Assembly: GCA_038064915.1 (NCBI GenBank)
Contig: JBBTSB010000012.1
Location: 1-37,577 of the forward strand
DNA: 37,577 nt
Source of the DNA: Patescibacteria group bacterium
GTDB lineage: Bacteria; Patescibacteriota; Minisyncoccia; 2-02-FULL-40-12; IGHO2-01-FULL-4-A
Direction: 5' to 3'
The position numbers and the translations under genes were made by a program. Shown here in pieces: positions 1-8,933 of this stretch (its first letter is position 1; each line of letters opens with the position of its first letter). The notes under the pieces were generated by a model. The model was not told the origin of the DNA. It did not search any database and worked only from the letters and a program-made list of their open reading frames with translations.

Positions 1-232
1 CGGACTCGGTCTTCATGAACCCGAATCATGCGTACTACCGGTATACTACGGCCCGTGTTTAGTAACTCTACCACTTCGAGGTTATATTTCAAACTCATGC
101 ACCGAGGCGTTGGCAATTTCGGCAATCTCGTGACCTTTCAGCATGAGATGCATCAAACGCATGAGGCCTCCGTGTGTCACCACGAGAGGAACTTCATTGA
201 CGTAATCCGTCTTCAGCTCATCAAAAAAACGA

Positions 233-619
233 TTAAGACGTTTTTCTAAATCTACAACTGATTCCCCCCCCCCAGGGCGTAAGGTCTAGCTTCGTATTCA
301 TGGTAGTTCGATCGACCCCGGTGACCTTTTTTACTTCTTCAAATGATTTTCCAGAAAGTGATCCATAATCTTTCTCCTTTAATTCATCGCGAAATATGAT
401 AGGTAGACGAAAATGCTCCGCAATAATTTCTGCAGTTTGTCGTGCTCGCTTAAGCGGCGAAGAAAAACAAATGGTAAAAACATGTTCGGGGAGAGCTTGT
501 AGGGTTTGTTTTGCTTGCTCTCGGCCACTTTCATTTAATTCTGCGTCTTGTCTCTGCCCCTGCAAAATTCCTGTCTTATTGAGATCGGTCTCTCCGTGAC
601 GTATAACAAAGATTTTCAT
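233..619 (-). CDS. Histidine phosphatase family protein (phosphoglycerate-mutase-like). The reading frame is broken at a C10 homopolymer; the C-terminal part continues in another frame to about position 82.
   Basis: N-terminal RHGETDLN motif and SPLKRARQTAE typical of the histidine phosphatase superfamily. The -strand frame shifted by one encodes ...PGGGESVVDLEKRLNRFFDELKTDYVNEVPLVVTHGGLMRLM... (82..~285), the conserved C-terminal His motif. The start overlaps the cca stop by 4 nt. Confidence 0.75.
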   Translation of the reverse strand: MKIFVIRHGETDLNKTGILQGQRQDAELNESGREQAKQTLQALPEHVFTICFSSPLKRARQTAEIIAEHFRLPIIFRDELKEKDYGSLSGKSFEEVKKVTGVDRTTMNTKLDLTPWGGGISCRFRKTS

Positions 620-2049
620 TTCACAAAATGTTTCGCTTTTATTTTCTCCACCTCTTCATCTTCTAATTCTTTGCTCTTTTCTTTTCCTTGCTTGGCAAGA
701 TACGCCAATTGCTGGTCGCTCATAGCTGATAGCTCACCGGTGCGGAATTCCAAATACTTTTTTGTATTTTTCTCCGGGTCTTCCAGTACCTCCTCCATGA
801 GCGCATTCATGATCATGCCCACGCGCGGGCCGGGCGGGATCGAAAGCAAAGTCATGATATCGTTGCCATTCACTTTGAGCATCTTGGGCGAGATCGGATC
901 GCGGGCGACTTTGTCGATCATAAACTTGAGGTGGCGAAGTTTGTAGGGAATCGCCTTTGGTGTACCAGACCCGATTCGATCCGCTTCGCGCAGCTTCAAC
1001 AATTCCTCGACATTTTCCTTGCCGATGTTTGCCACTAATCTACGCACAGAAGATTCGGTAACTTCATCTGGTAAATAGTAAAACATGTGGTAGCGGACAA
1101 GCTTAGTGATTTTGTCAGCAATGTCTTGCGGAAATTTTAACCGTTTAAATATATCCCGTGTCATTCTAGCGCCGATCACATCATGTCCATAAAATGTCGA
1201 GTTGTACCCTTCGCCACGTTTGGCACGTGGTTTTCCAATGTCGTGCAAGAGCGCGGCAAGGCGCACTTCTGTGCCGTAGTTTTTTTCTGCGGTGTATTTT
1301 AGCGATCTGACATTGTGCTCCCACACGGTATAGATGTGGTGGAGGTTTTGCGTCACGCCAACACCCTCTAGGAGTTCCGGTATGATTTCATCGAGGAGTT
1401 CCGTCTCGCGAAGCAATTCTATGGCTTGTGCCGCGTGATCTCCGCCGATAAGCTTGAGGAGCTCATCACGAATACGCTCTGCAGAAATATGTTTGAGATG
1501 ATGAGCATGGGCTTTTATTTCTTCCTGTGTTTTGTCATCGATCTTGAATCCGAGAGTACTTGCAAAACGGACCGCTCTCATAATACGCAATGCATCTTCG
1601 CTAAATCGTGCCTCCGGATCCCCTACGGCACGAATTGTTTTGTGAGTAATATCTTTTTGGCCCTCATAGGGATCGATGATTGCTCCCCCGCCATCCATAG
1701 CGATAGCGTTCATTGTAAAGTCACGACGCTGGAGATCATCTTGAAGTTTGGTGGCGAATTTTACTTCATCGGGATGACGTTTGTCTGAATAGCCGGATTC
1801 GAGGCGATACGTGGTCACCTCGATAACTCCAATGTCACTTTTCACTCCCACGGTGCCGAATTCATTTTCATAAAAACTGTCAGGAAAAAGTTTTTGGATT
1901 TCCTCCGGTTTTGCGTTTGTCGTCACGTCCCAATCTTTGGGTGTTTTTTTCATCAACACATCCCGTACGCATCCACCGACAACGAAGGCCTCATGTCCAG
2001 CCTGGTTGAGAGTCTCAATAATTTTTTTAACTTCGTGAGGTATTTGCAT
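616..2049 (-). CDS. cca: CCA-adding tRNA nucleotidyltransferase with C-terminal HD domain
   Basis: 477-aa ORF. N-terminal GGCVRD polymerase-beta-like nucleotidyltransferase motif, a central tRNA-NT region, and an HD motif (LHDIGKP). Sits directly downstream of a tRNA gene. Confidence 0.85.
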   Translation of the reverse strand: MQIPHEVKKIIETLNQAGHEAFVVGGCVRDVLMKKTPKDWDVTTNAKPEEIQKLFPDSFYENEFGTVGVKSDIGVIEVTTYRLESGYSDKRHPDEVKFATKLQDDLQRRDFTMNAIAMDGGGAIIDPYEGQKDITHKTIRAVGDPEARFSEDALRIMRAVRFASTLGFKIDDKTQEEIKAHAHHLKHISAERIRDELLKLIGGDHAAQAIELLRETELLDEIIPELLEGVGVTQNLHHIYTVWEHNVRSLKYTAEKNYGTEVRLAALLHDIGKPRAKRGEGYNSTFYGHDVIGARMTRDIFKRLKFPQDIADKITKLVRYHMFYYLPDEVTESSVRRLVANIGKENVEELLKLREADRIGSGTPKAIPYKLRHLKFMIDKVARDPISPKMLKVNGNDIMTLLSIPPGPRVGMIMNALMEEVLEDPEKNTKKYLEFRTGELSAMSDQQLAYLAKQGKEKSKELEDEEVEKIKAKHFVK

Positions 2050-2053
2050 GCTT

Positions 2054-2128
2054 TGGTGCCCCCGCCAAGAGTCGAACTTGGATTAGCAGATTAGGAACCC
2101 GCTGTTCTGTCCGTTGAACTACGGAGGC
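2054..2128 (-). tRNA. tRNA-Arg (anticodon CCT), 75 nt, CCA encoded
   Basis: Manual cloverleaf fold of the reverse complement. Acceptor GCCTCCG/CGGGGGC with one G-U pair, D-stem GTTC/GAAC, anticodon loop TTCCTAA, T-arm CCAAG-TTCGACT-CTTGG, discriminator A followed by CCA. Confidence 0.8.
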
Positions 2129-2154
2129 TTTATGCTATATTGTAATCACAAAGC

Positions 2155-2225
2155 GGGCCCATAGTAAATCGGTATTACGCATCCATGGCATGGATGAGGG
2201 CGGGGTTCGATTCCCCGTGGGTCCA
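2155..2225 (+). tRNA. tRNA-Ala (anticodon GGC), 71 nt, no encoded CCA
   Basis: Acceptor GGGCCCA/TGGGTCC carries the G3:U70 wobble that is the tRNA-Ala identity element. D-stem GTAA/TTAC, anticodon stem CATCC/GGATG with loop ATGGCAT, T-arm CGGGG-TTCGATT-CCCCG. Confidence 0.8.
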
Positions 2226-2231
2226 CACACT

Positions 2232-4535
2232 TTACCTCCCAATCTTACCCAAGTAGGTGTTGTCCGCATTGCGAACGATGGGATTTCGAATTTCAATTTC
2301 AGATATTTGAGAATTCTCCAAAAGGTCCGAAGTAACGAGCAGCCCAGTCAGCAAAAGCAGAAGTGTGGCAACAACCGAGAGCATCTTCGTGCTGGGCACG
2401 GCAAACTTTGATCGGAAGAAATGATAGCCGAAGGTGATTGCAAGGCTTGCAAGGACGGTGGCAGTAGCGCCATCCACGCCAGTCTGCACTTGTCCAGGAG
2501 TGACAAGAATATTTTTGGCAACATAGATTGGAATGCTAGATTCCCGTTCCGAAATGCCGTCCGCTCGGGCAAAACCCCGATTGACAAGGATAGTAGTTCC
2601 CGTCTGAAACGCAGAGGCATCCCTTACGACTGCTCGGAATGTGATTTCCAATGAATCGTTCGGATCAAGAGCTCCCACGCTGATTCCATTTCCCGTAATA
2701 CCGTCGGGGTACGTGGAGCCGCCAATACGAGTTGATCCAACTTCATAGATCATTTCCGGCGGGAGAGCATCACGAACGATGATGTTGTTGAGACGGGTAT
2801 TGGAATCTGAAGTCACCAAGAGGGTAAAGCGCACGAGATCACCGGGTGATGCATCCACACGAGTGAGCGGCTGGGTGTCTTGCTTGCTCAAGTTCTCTCC
2901 AAATTTTTCAATACTCATAGACAGGAAAGGACTCTGTGTTGTAAATGGCGTAGGAGTTGGCGTTGGCGTGGGAGTCGTTCCGGGAAGCGGTGTAGGAGTA
3001 GGTGTCGGCGTGGGTGTTGGGGTTGGTGTGGGTGTCGGGGTGGGGGTAGGCGTAGCCGCCGCAACACGTCTAACCCAGAACCATTGATGTGCGCTTCCAC
3101 CCGAAGTAACGGTCACCGTTCCTGTCGTGGGTCCGGTTGATTGCCACCCTGTCGGCATGGTTAGAGACACGGTATAGGTGCCAACCGGAAGCGCAACGGA
3201 ATAGTATGGATCGGTATTACACTTGTCAGTGCGAACGGTGCCATTGGTCGGACCTTGGTAGGTTACTACAAACCCGGATTGCAAAAGTTCATTGGTACAG
3301 GAAAGGGTCGACGACGAATCTTTGATAGCTTTTTCCCCGGTATCTCGAACCACATCTCCATCAAGGTCCTCAATGATGCGGCCCAGCAAAGCCCCACCTG
3401 CTGGAGCAATAGTATCAAAAGCAGCACAAATGGGTTGGATACTGTTGGCTTGGGAAGTTCCCCCTGCGTGGCGGGCGGCTATCGTGGTGCCAGCTCGCGC
3501 CAAAGAAATATTTCCAACTGACAAAATTAATTTTGTCTGGCTTTGCGGTAAGTCTCCAATAGGTGCCGAATCGGCAATCGTCCCCGCACCATCGCTCAGA
3601 CGTACGTAGTAGCGTTCGTTGGTTTGATCAGTGGAATTTGGATGATCATCATACGACATGAGAGTCACCCCATAGGAACCTGCTGGTAGCGCAAACGCAT
3701 AGGGACCCATCTGTGTTGATGTTCCAGCGACGCTATTATCAGTTAAAACGCCAGTAGGAAAGTTAAAGATCGTCCGGCCTGCTTGGGCGGTAATTCCGCA
3801 TGAAGGACGAGTTGCCGACGCGGTGGTTGTGCCTCCACCAGAAGTACCTCCGGTACTTCCACTTCCCCCGGTACTGCCGCCGGTCGTCCCTCCACCGCTT
3901 GTACCACTACCGCCTGTTGCCGCAATAATATTAATCTTTAAATTCGGCGTTAGCGCACCAAACCACCCCGGACCACCGTCGCCGATCATCTGCCATTGAA
4001 AATCTTCCTGGGTACCGGGAAAGTTGGGGGCAGTGATAACAAAGGTAAACGTGGCATTTTGGTTTGGAGGAACGCTTGGTTGTTGCAGATATACTCGGCT
4101 AGCATTGATCCAATCCAAGTTGTCACGAGGATTTTGCGTGCCCAGCTTGTATCCCAAATCTCCGCCCGTCCAGGTCGTAGTCCCGGTATTTTTCATCACC
4201 ACGGTAACCGTGCGCTTTTCTCCAACGCTCATAGTATCGCCATTGGCAATGCCACTGTACGAAACAAATTGGGCATTGTTTATCGCAGTTGTGCTTGCGG
4301 TACCTCCCCCGGTGGCAACTACTACGCATTTTTTGGTTGTTGTATTCCAATCACAAGCATAATCCTCGAGACAATCGGTTTCATTTGCATAGCTCGAACA
4401 AATTGCAGCCTCCGACGTGAACAGTGATACATAAAAATTCGTGTGCCTAAAGTACAGCGCCCAGAACGCAAAAAGCGACACTACCACGACGAGTGTCAGA
4501 GCAATAATCAAGCTTCGTTTAGATCCTACTTCCAT
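2232..4535 (-). CDS. Large secreted/surface protein. N-terminal TM anchor, Gly/Thr/Ser-rich region, (PT)n linker, an NBR1-like Ig-fold segment and a DUF11-like conserved repeat domain near the C-terminus, then a C-terminal hydrophobic segment.
   Basis: 767-aa ORF. N-terminal hydrophobic helix, long TPTPTPTP... run, low-complexity GGSGTSGGG tracts, C-terminal hydrophobic stretch followed by RSK. The domain calls come from motif resemblance only. Confidence 0.6.
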   Translation of the reverse strand: MEVGSKRSLIIALTLVVVVSLFAFWALYFRHTNFYVSLFTSEAAICSSYANETDCLEDYACDWNTTTKKCVVVATGGGTASTTAINNAQFVSYSGIANGDTMSVGEKRTVTVVMKNTGTTTWTGGDLGYKLGTQNPRDNLDWINASRVYLQQPSVPPNQNATFTFVITAPNFPGTQEDFQWQMIGDGGPGWFGALTPNLKINIIAATGGSGTSGGGTTGGSTGGSGSTGGTSGGGTTTASATRPSCGITAQAGRTIFNFPTGVLTDNSVAGTSTQMGPYAFALPAGSYGVTLMSYDDHPNSTDQTNERYYVRLSDGAGTIADSAPIGDLPQSQTKLILSVGNISLARAGTTIAARHAGGTSQANSIQPICAAFDTIAPAGGALLGRIIEDLDGDVVRDTGEKAIKDSSSTLSCTNELLQSGFVVTYQGPTNGTVRTDKCNTDPYYSVALPVGTYTVSLTMPTGWQSTGPTTGTVTVTSGGSAHQWFWVRRVAAATPTPTPTPTPTPTPTPTPTPTPLPGTTPTPTPTPTPFTTQSPFLSMSIEKFGENLSKQDTQPLTRVDASPGDLVRFTLLVTSDSNTRLNNIIVRDALPPEMIYEVGSTRIGGSTYPDGITGNGISVGALDPNDSLEITFRAVVRDASAFQTGTTILVNRGFARADGISERESSIPIYVAKNILVTPGQVQTGVDGATATVLASLAITFGYHFFRSKFAVPSTKMLSVVATLLLLLTGLLVTSDLLENSQISEIEIRNPIVRNADNTYLGKIGR

Positions 4536-4589
4536 TGTCTTTTAGTATAGCGTAAAAAAAAATCTCTCACAGTAAATATGTTGATATCT

Positions 4590-5243
4590 TCAGTTTTGCG
4601 CCTCTATACGAATGATGAGCGCCATCGCAATAACAAATCCCACAACAACGAAAAGCACGCTGACCACCTTCCAAAACAGCGGTGTCATTTTTGAAACCAC
4701 AAGGAAATGTCTCCCAAAACCCTCAACAAACAAATCGACTTTCTTGTCGACGGACTTTTCCCGCACGATCGCATCAGCCGTAGCCATGGTGCCGGTGTAC
4801 ATTTTGATGAGGTCATAGCGGCTGATGATGCCGACAAGACGCTTTTGATAATCCACAACGGGAATGGGATTGACACGATGATGCTCTGCAAAGGTACGCG
4901 CTACTTCCTCCAATGGCACATCATCGAACACCGTCAACGGCTCTGGATTCATAACATCCTTGACGGTGAGGGTCACGATTTTTTGAAGTTCCGGCTTGAG
5001 TCGCTCCTTGTCTTTTTTGTACACATCCAACTGATTGATCAATTGCATGAAGGTGGGCAAGTGAATATTGGCGCCTTTGGTCACCAAATCATACTGGGTG
5101 ATGATACCCAAAAGCCCGCCATCTCCGCCCACAACAGGAAGTCCATCCCAATTATTTTCAAAAATAATCTGGGCCGCTTTGAGTAACGAATCCTCCGGCC
5201 GTACGGTCGTGACTTCTCTTGTCATGAGATCTCTTGCATCCAT
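4590..5243 (-). CDS. CBS domain pair protein with C-terminal TM helix
   Basis: Two CBS-like repeats (DLMTREVTTVRPEDSL... and VKDVMNPEPLTVFDDVPLEEV...), and a C-terminal hydrophobic segment. Confidence 0.7.
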   Translation of the reverse strand: MDARDLMTREVTTVRPEDSLLKAAQIIFENNWDGLPVVGGDGGLLGIITQYDLVTKGANIHLPTFMQLINQLDVYKKDKERLKPELQKIVTLTVKDVMNPEPLTVFDDVPLEEVARTFAEHHRVNPIPVVDYQKRLVGIISRYDLIKMYTGTMATADAIVREKSVDKKVDLFVEGFGRHFLVVSKMTPLFWKVVSVLFVVVGFVIAMALIIRIEAQN

Positions 5244-5271
5244 ACTTTCATTTTACTATGATACCAATCAT

Positions 5272-5946
5272 ATGCAAGCAGTTATCCCCGCAGCGGGTGA
5301 AGGTGTGCGAATGCGTCCCCTCACCTTGACCACGCCAAAGCCACTTTTACCGGTTGCTGGAAAACCGATTCTTCAACATATCATGGAGGCACTCCCAAAA
5401 GTGGTTGACGACGTTATCGTTGTTGTCGGCTATCTTGGAGAGCAAATTGTAGACTATTTTGGTCCATCGTTTCATGGGAAAAAAATTACGTACGTGTGGC
5501 AACGAGAGAAAACGGGTACTGCACGGGCACTCCAGTTGTGCAAACCCTACCTTCATCCCGGAACCTTCCTCTTCCTGAATGCCGACGATATTATCAACAC
5601 CGAGACGATTGAGCGGGCCCTTACCCATGAGCTTTGTATCGTCACCACCTGGCGGGAAGACTGGCAACGTTGGGGCATTATTTCACTAAACAACGATGGC
5701 ACGGTAAAAGATTTTATAGAAAAACCGGAAACATTTATCTCAAACATCGCAAACACTAATATCATGGTGTTGGACGAACGAATCTTCGAATTTGAACCCG
5801 ATTCTCATGCCACCGGTGAGTTTTATCTCACCACCATGGTACAAAAACTAGCAAAAAAATATCCCGTCTATACCGAAGAGGCTTCAAAATGGATTCCCAT
5901 TGGAACGCCCGAAGCCTTGCAAAAAGCTGAAGATATGATAAAGTAA
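5272..5946 (+). CDS. Sugar-phosphate nucleotidyltransferase (NTP_transferase family)
   Basis: MQAVIPAAGEGVRMRPLT...KPLLPVAGKPIL is the canonical GXGXR nucleotidyltransferase N-terminus. The upstream extension of the long ORF (5068-5271) overlaps the divergent CBS gene and was dropped. Confidence 0.75.
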   Translation: MQAVIPAAGEGVRMRPLTLTTPKPLLPVAGKPILQHIMEALPKVVDDVIVVVGYLGEQIVDYFGPSFHGKKITYVWQREKTGTARALQLCKPYLHPGTFLFLNADDIINTETIERALTHELCIVTTWREDWQRWGIISLNNDGTVKDFIEKPETFISNIANTNIMVLDERIFEFEPDSHATGEFYLTTMVQKLAKKYPVYTEEASKWIPIGTPEALQKAEDMIK

Positions 5947-5951
5947 CACCG

Positions 5952-6452
5952 TTGCAACGGTCTCGCCTCAATAATCAAATACGGGCTTCCCAGGTCCAAG
6001 TCATTGGCCCTGAAGGAGAGAAGCTGGGAATTTTGCCGCTTCATGAGGCGCTTCGTATTGCTCAAGAAAAAAATCTTGATGTGGTGGAGATTGGAGCAAC
6101 GGCACAGCCACCATTGGTAAAAATACTGGACTATGGCAAGTATCAGTATCAAAAAGAGCGGAGTCAAAAAGGGGGAGGAAAAGCCCCGGGGCAGGAAGTA
6201 AAAACGGTACAAATCGGGTTTCGCACTGAAGCCCACGATTTGCATGTACGTGCCACTCAGATAGACAAGTTTCTCGCCAAGGGACATCGGGTGAAAGTAG
6301 AGATGAAACTACGAGGTCGTGAGAAAGCCATGGCCGCTCTGGGTCGCGAACGCTTTCAGCAATTTCTCCAGTACATCACCGAGCCCTATACGGCCGAAAC
6401 TCCGATCAAGAGTTTCCCCGGTGGAATCGGTATGCTGGTAAAACCAAACTAA
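5952..6452 (+). CDS. infC: Translation initiation factor IF-3
   Basis: Strong similarity to the IF-3 N- and C-domains (IRA.EVRVIG..GE.LGI..L.EAL..A.E..LDLVEI; the C-domain KVK..LRGRE). The start codon is uncertain (TTG at 5952; infC often uses atypical starts). Confidence 0.85.
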   Translation: MQRSRLNNQIRASQVQVIGPEGEKLGILPLHEALRIAQEKNLDVVEIGATAQPPLVKILDYGKYQYQKERSQKGGGKAPGQEVKTVQIGFRTEAHDLHVRATQIDKFLAKGHRVKVEMKLRGREKAMAALGRERFQQFLQYITEPYTAETPIKSFPGGIGMLVKPN

Positions 6453-6453
6453 G

Positions 6454-6651
6454 ATGCCAAAACTCAAGACTTCAAAATCGGCGAGTAAGCGTTTTAAAAT
6501 CTCCTCAAAAGGGAAGCGAATGCGCCGACCTGTAAATTCAGGTCATTTTAATGCAAAAGATTCCGGAACCGAACGCCGCAAAAAACTTGGCACGATCAAC
6601 ACGAATGCTTCCAATGAAAACGATTTAGCTAACCTTTTCCCCTATGCCTAG
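6454..6651 (+). CDS. rpmI: 50S ribosomal protein L35
   Basis: MPKLKTSKSASKRFKISSKGK... is the classic L35 N-terminus, in the infC-rpmI-rplT arrangement. Confidence 0.9.
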   Translation: MPKLKTSKSASKRFKISSKGKRMRRPVNSGHFNAKDSGTERRKKLGTINTNASNENDLANLFPYA

Positions 6652-7012
6652 AGTCAAACGCGGCGTACAAGCCAACAAACGAAGAAAGAATGTCCTCAAA
6701 CACGCAAAGGGTTTCATGTGGGGACGCAAGCACAAGTATCGCGCCGCCAAGGAAGCGTTACTGCACGCGTGGAGTTTTCAGTTTAAAGACAGACGTAAGA
6801 AAAAGGGCTATGCCCGCCGTCTGTGGCAGATCAAAATCGGCGCCGGTTCTGTAGCCAATGGCATGTCCTACAGCAAATTTATTAACGGCCTCAAAAAAGC
6901 CCACATTGATCTCGACCGCAAAATCCTCTCCGATCTCGCCGCCAATCACCCGGAGGTGTTTGCTAAGATTGTCGACGCTGCGCGTTTGTCGGGGCCTTCG
7001 AGCGCCAAGTAA
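6644..7012 (+). CDS. rplT: 50S ribosomal protein L20
   Basis: MPRVKRGVQANKRRKNVLKHAKGF... is the conserved L20 sequence. Its 3' end overlaps the convergent kinase-like ORF by 67 nt. Confidence 0.9.
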   Translation: MPRVKRGVQANKRRKNVLKHAKGFMWGRKHKYRAAKEALLHAWSFQFKDRRKKKGYARRLWQIKIGAGSVANGMSYSKFINGLKKAHIDLDRKILSDLAANHPEVFAKIVDAARLSGPSSAK

Positions 7013-7542
7013 TTTTCTTCGCGTCCCGACCATTTCTCGAGCCACTCGTGTGCGACAATTTCCCCTTCGCGCTCAACCATCCGCCGTAGGCGGATTTCTT
7101 TTGGCACCTCGCACCAGATCGAGTAGTCATAGACCGTAAAAAATCGAGATTGCAACGCATATACACCGACAATGATGATCCAATTTTCGGGCGGAATCTC
7201 CACCCAATTATCCCACCGATCCGCCCGCCAGTCGTAGCGCTCGTACTTGACCAGCAAATTGCGCCTTACGGCTTTGAGCACTTGGTCTTCAAAGCGATCC
7301 CAGTCAAAATCGACCGACACGGTCGCCCCGTTGACTAACGGGGCCGGATTGCGTTCAGCAAAAGGCTTGTAAAACTCATCGGTATGCACAATCGAACTCT
7401 TGGGATGGAGCTTTTGGATCTCCCTTGCGATCGTCGTCTTCCCTGAAGCTCCCAAGCCATCGATGCCTATGACTTTGTTGAAATGCTTGGGCGGAAGGGC
7501 TTCAATGCTCCGTACCAACTGCCTGAGGAGTTGTTGATCCAT
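6946..7542 (-). CDS. P-loop nucleoside/uridine-kinase-like protein
   Basis: Walker A motif GIDGLGASGKTT. About 200 aa, with PRK/uridine-kinase-like architecture. Overlaps rplT convergently (67 nt) and the upstream DMT gene (41 nt), so both ends are uncertain. Confidence 0.55.
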   Translation of the reverse strand: MDQQLLRQLVRSIEALPPKHFNKVIGIDGLGASGKTTIAREIQKLHPKSSIVHTDEFYKPFAERNPAPLVNGATVSVDFDWDRFEDQVLKAVRRNLLVKYERYDWRADRWDNWVEIPPENWIIIVGVYALQSRFFTVYDYSIWCEVPKEIRLRRMVEREGEIVAHEWLEKWSGREENYLALEGPDKRAASTILANTSG

Positions 7543-8452
7543 GTTGTTGAAAACTGATCATAAGGATAGCAACGAGTAGTAGTACGATACCGACACCGTT
7601 GCCCGCGGTGAGCTTTTGCGGTGCGCCATAGGGATTGAGAGCGGTGATGGCAATGAGAATACTCATGATGGGATACGTAAGCTCCGCGATTGTAGAAACT
7701 TTTGCTTCGGTGTGTTGAAGGCCTTTGTAGTAGATAAAGATCGACGCCGCACCGGTACTCAACGCAATAATCAGCAGACGGAGGATTTGAGGTCCCGTGA
7801 GGTCAAATGGCGAATACGATTGATGGTACAAAGCTAGAGAAAAAATAAGCGTGACAGGAACTGCGAGCGCATAGCGGATCACCGTCGCCTCTTTAAAGGA
7901 AAGCTGGTGGAGTGCTTTCTTGCTCAAAATTGTTCCCAAGCCCCACGCTACCGCTGCGCCTACAGCGAGTGCCACTACGGTCCAACGATCAGACCATATC
8001 AATGGAACTTTTTGTGCACCAAAGCTCACAAGGTAACTGCCGATCAAGGCAACCGGAACCCACACCAGATACCTCCACGTAAGTTTTTCTCGTAAAAATA
8101 CCGCCGCAAAAAAGATCACAAAAATCGGCTGGAGTTTCAACAATAAAACCGGCGTGGCAAAGTCATAGAGCGCAAAGCTCTTCGAAAGGGCCTGTGTGAA
8201 CAGGAATGTCCCGAGAGCACTGGATACTATAGTAAGAAGGAGTAAGACAAGCCACGTTTTGAGTGAAAGTGTTTTGTATTTTGCAAAATATTTAAAAAAC
8301 AGTGGCGATAGCAAAATAAATGCTAACAGGTGCTCATAAAACACCACGGCGCCGGCTGGCATGCTTTGAATAAGTGTCCCGCGCAGGAGTGCATCAAGTG
8401 CCCAAAGTGCGGCGGCAATCATAATCAAAAAGGGGCCTGCGTTTTTTCGCAT
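7502..8452 (-). CDS. EamA/DMT-family membrane transporter (about 10 TM helices)
   Basis: 316 aa, highly hydrophobic throughout, with duplicated 5-TM halves typical of the DMT superfamily. Confidence 0.65.
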   Translation of the reverse strand: MRKNAGPFLIMIAAALWALDALLRGTLIQSMPAGAVVFYEHLLAFILLSPLFFKYFAKYKTLSLKTWLVLLLLTIVSSALGTFLFTQALSKSFALYDFATPVLLLKLQPIFVIFFAAVFLREKLTWRYLVWVPVALIGSYLVSFGAQKVPLIWSDRWTVVALAVGAAVAWGLGTILSKKALHQLSFKEATVIRYALAVPVTLIFSLALYHQSYSPFDLTGPQILRLLIIALSTGAASIFIYYKGLQHTEAKVSTIAELTYPIMSILIAITALNPYGAPQKLTAGNGVGIVLLLVAILMISFQQHGSTTPQAVGTEH

Positions 8453-8469
8453 GCCCCTATGCTATCACC

Positions 8470-8694
8470 TTACATTGTCGTTGTCATCCCATCCTTGCCG
8501 CAATACTTGCAGTGTTTTGCGTGCGTGATCAGTTCATACACCGCTGACAGTCCCACGAGCACGTACACGATTCGGGAAAGCGAGTCACCCAAAATCTCTC
8601 CAATGCCCCAATCAAACAGACCAATCAAAAGCCAGTTAAGACCCCCAATGATAATGAGGATCCAAGTTACCATGTGCAATCCTTTGCCTTTCAT
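8470..8694 (-). CDS. DUF378-family small membrane protein
   Basis: 74 aa. GGLNWLLIG and VGLSAVYEL motifs are characteristic of DUF378. Confidence 0.6.
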   Translation of the reverse strand: MKGKGLHMVTWILIIIGGLNWLLIGLFDWGIGEILGDSLSRIVYVLVGLSAVYELITHAKHCKYCGKDGMTTTM

Positions 8695-8821
8695 ATTCCC
8701 ACCTCCGATCTATTATTTAAACTGAATGTCCACCTGTAGTATACGCTACCTGCAAAAAAAGATATAAACACGTGCACATTCGGCCTGTTGGCCTCAGTAC
8801 TTCCTCACTCACGTTCGGTCG

Positions 8822-8893
8822 CAGCGCCACGGAGAGTCGAACTCCGGTTCTATCGTTGAAAACGATATGTCCTAACCGCTAGACGATGGCGCC
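8822..8893 (-). tRNA. tRNA-Glu (anticodon TTC), 72 nt
   Basis: Reverse complement folds as acceptor GGCGCCA/TGGCGCT, D-arm GTC-TAGCGGTTAG-GAC, anticodon stem TATCG/CGATA with loop TTTTCAA, T-arm CGGAG-TTCGACT-CTCCG. Confidence 0.8.
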
Positions 8894-8933
8894 ATAACTG
8901 GAAAAACTATACACGAAATGCTAGCTTTATTCA

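Noticed and set aside
28-249. 73-aa + strand ORF at the window start
   Set aside because: It lies antisense to the conserved C-terminal frame of the histidine phosphatase (VVTHGGLMRLM… on the - strand) and has no motif or signal; an antisense artefact.
2900-3100. Short-period DNA repeats (ggNgtNgg…) here and at 28430-28740, resembling a possible CRISPR or tandem-repeat array
   Set aside because: The period is 6 nt, imperfect, in-frame, and lies inside long ORFs. They encode (TP)n/(PT)n linkers of surface proteins, with no spacer-repeat architecture. The antisense ORFs 2779..3087 and 28329..28817 (GVGVGV…) are artefacts of these repeats.
5068-5271. Upstream extension of the nucleotidyltransferase ORF (start at 5068)
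   Set aside because: The extension overlaps the divergent CBS-domain gene and encodes a Ser/Pro-rich peptide. The conserved NTP-transferase N-terminus begins at the internal ATG 5272.
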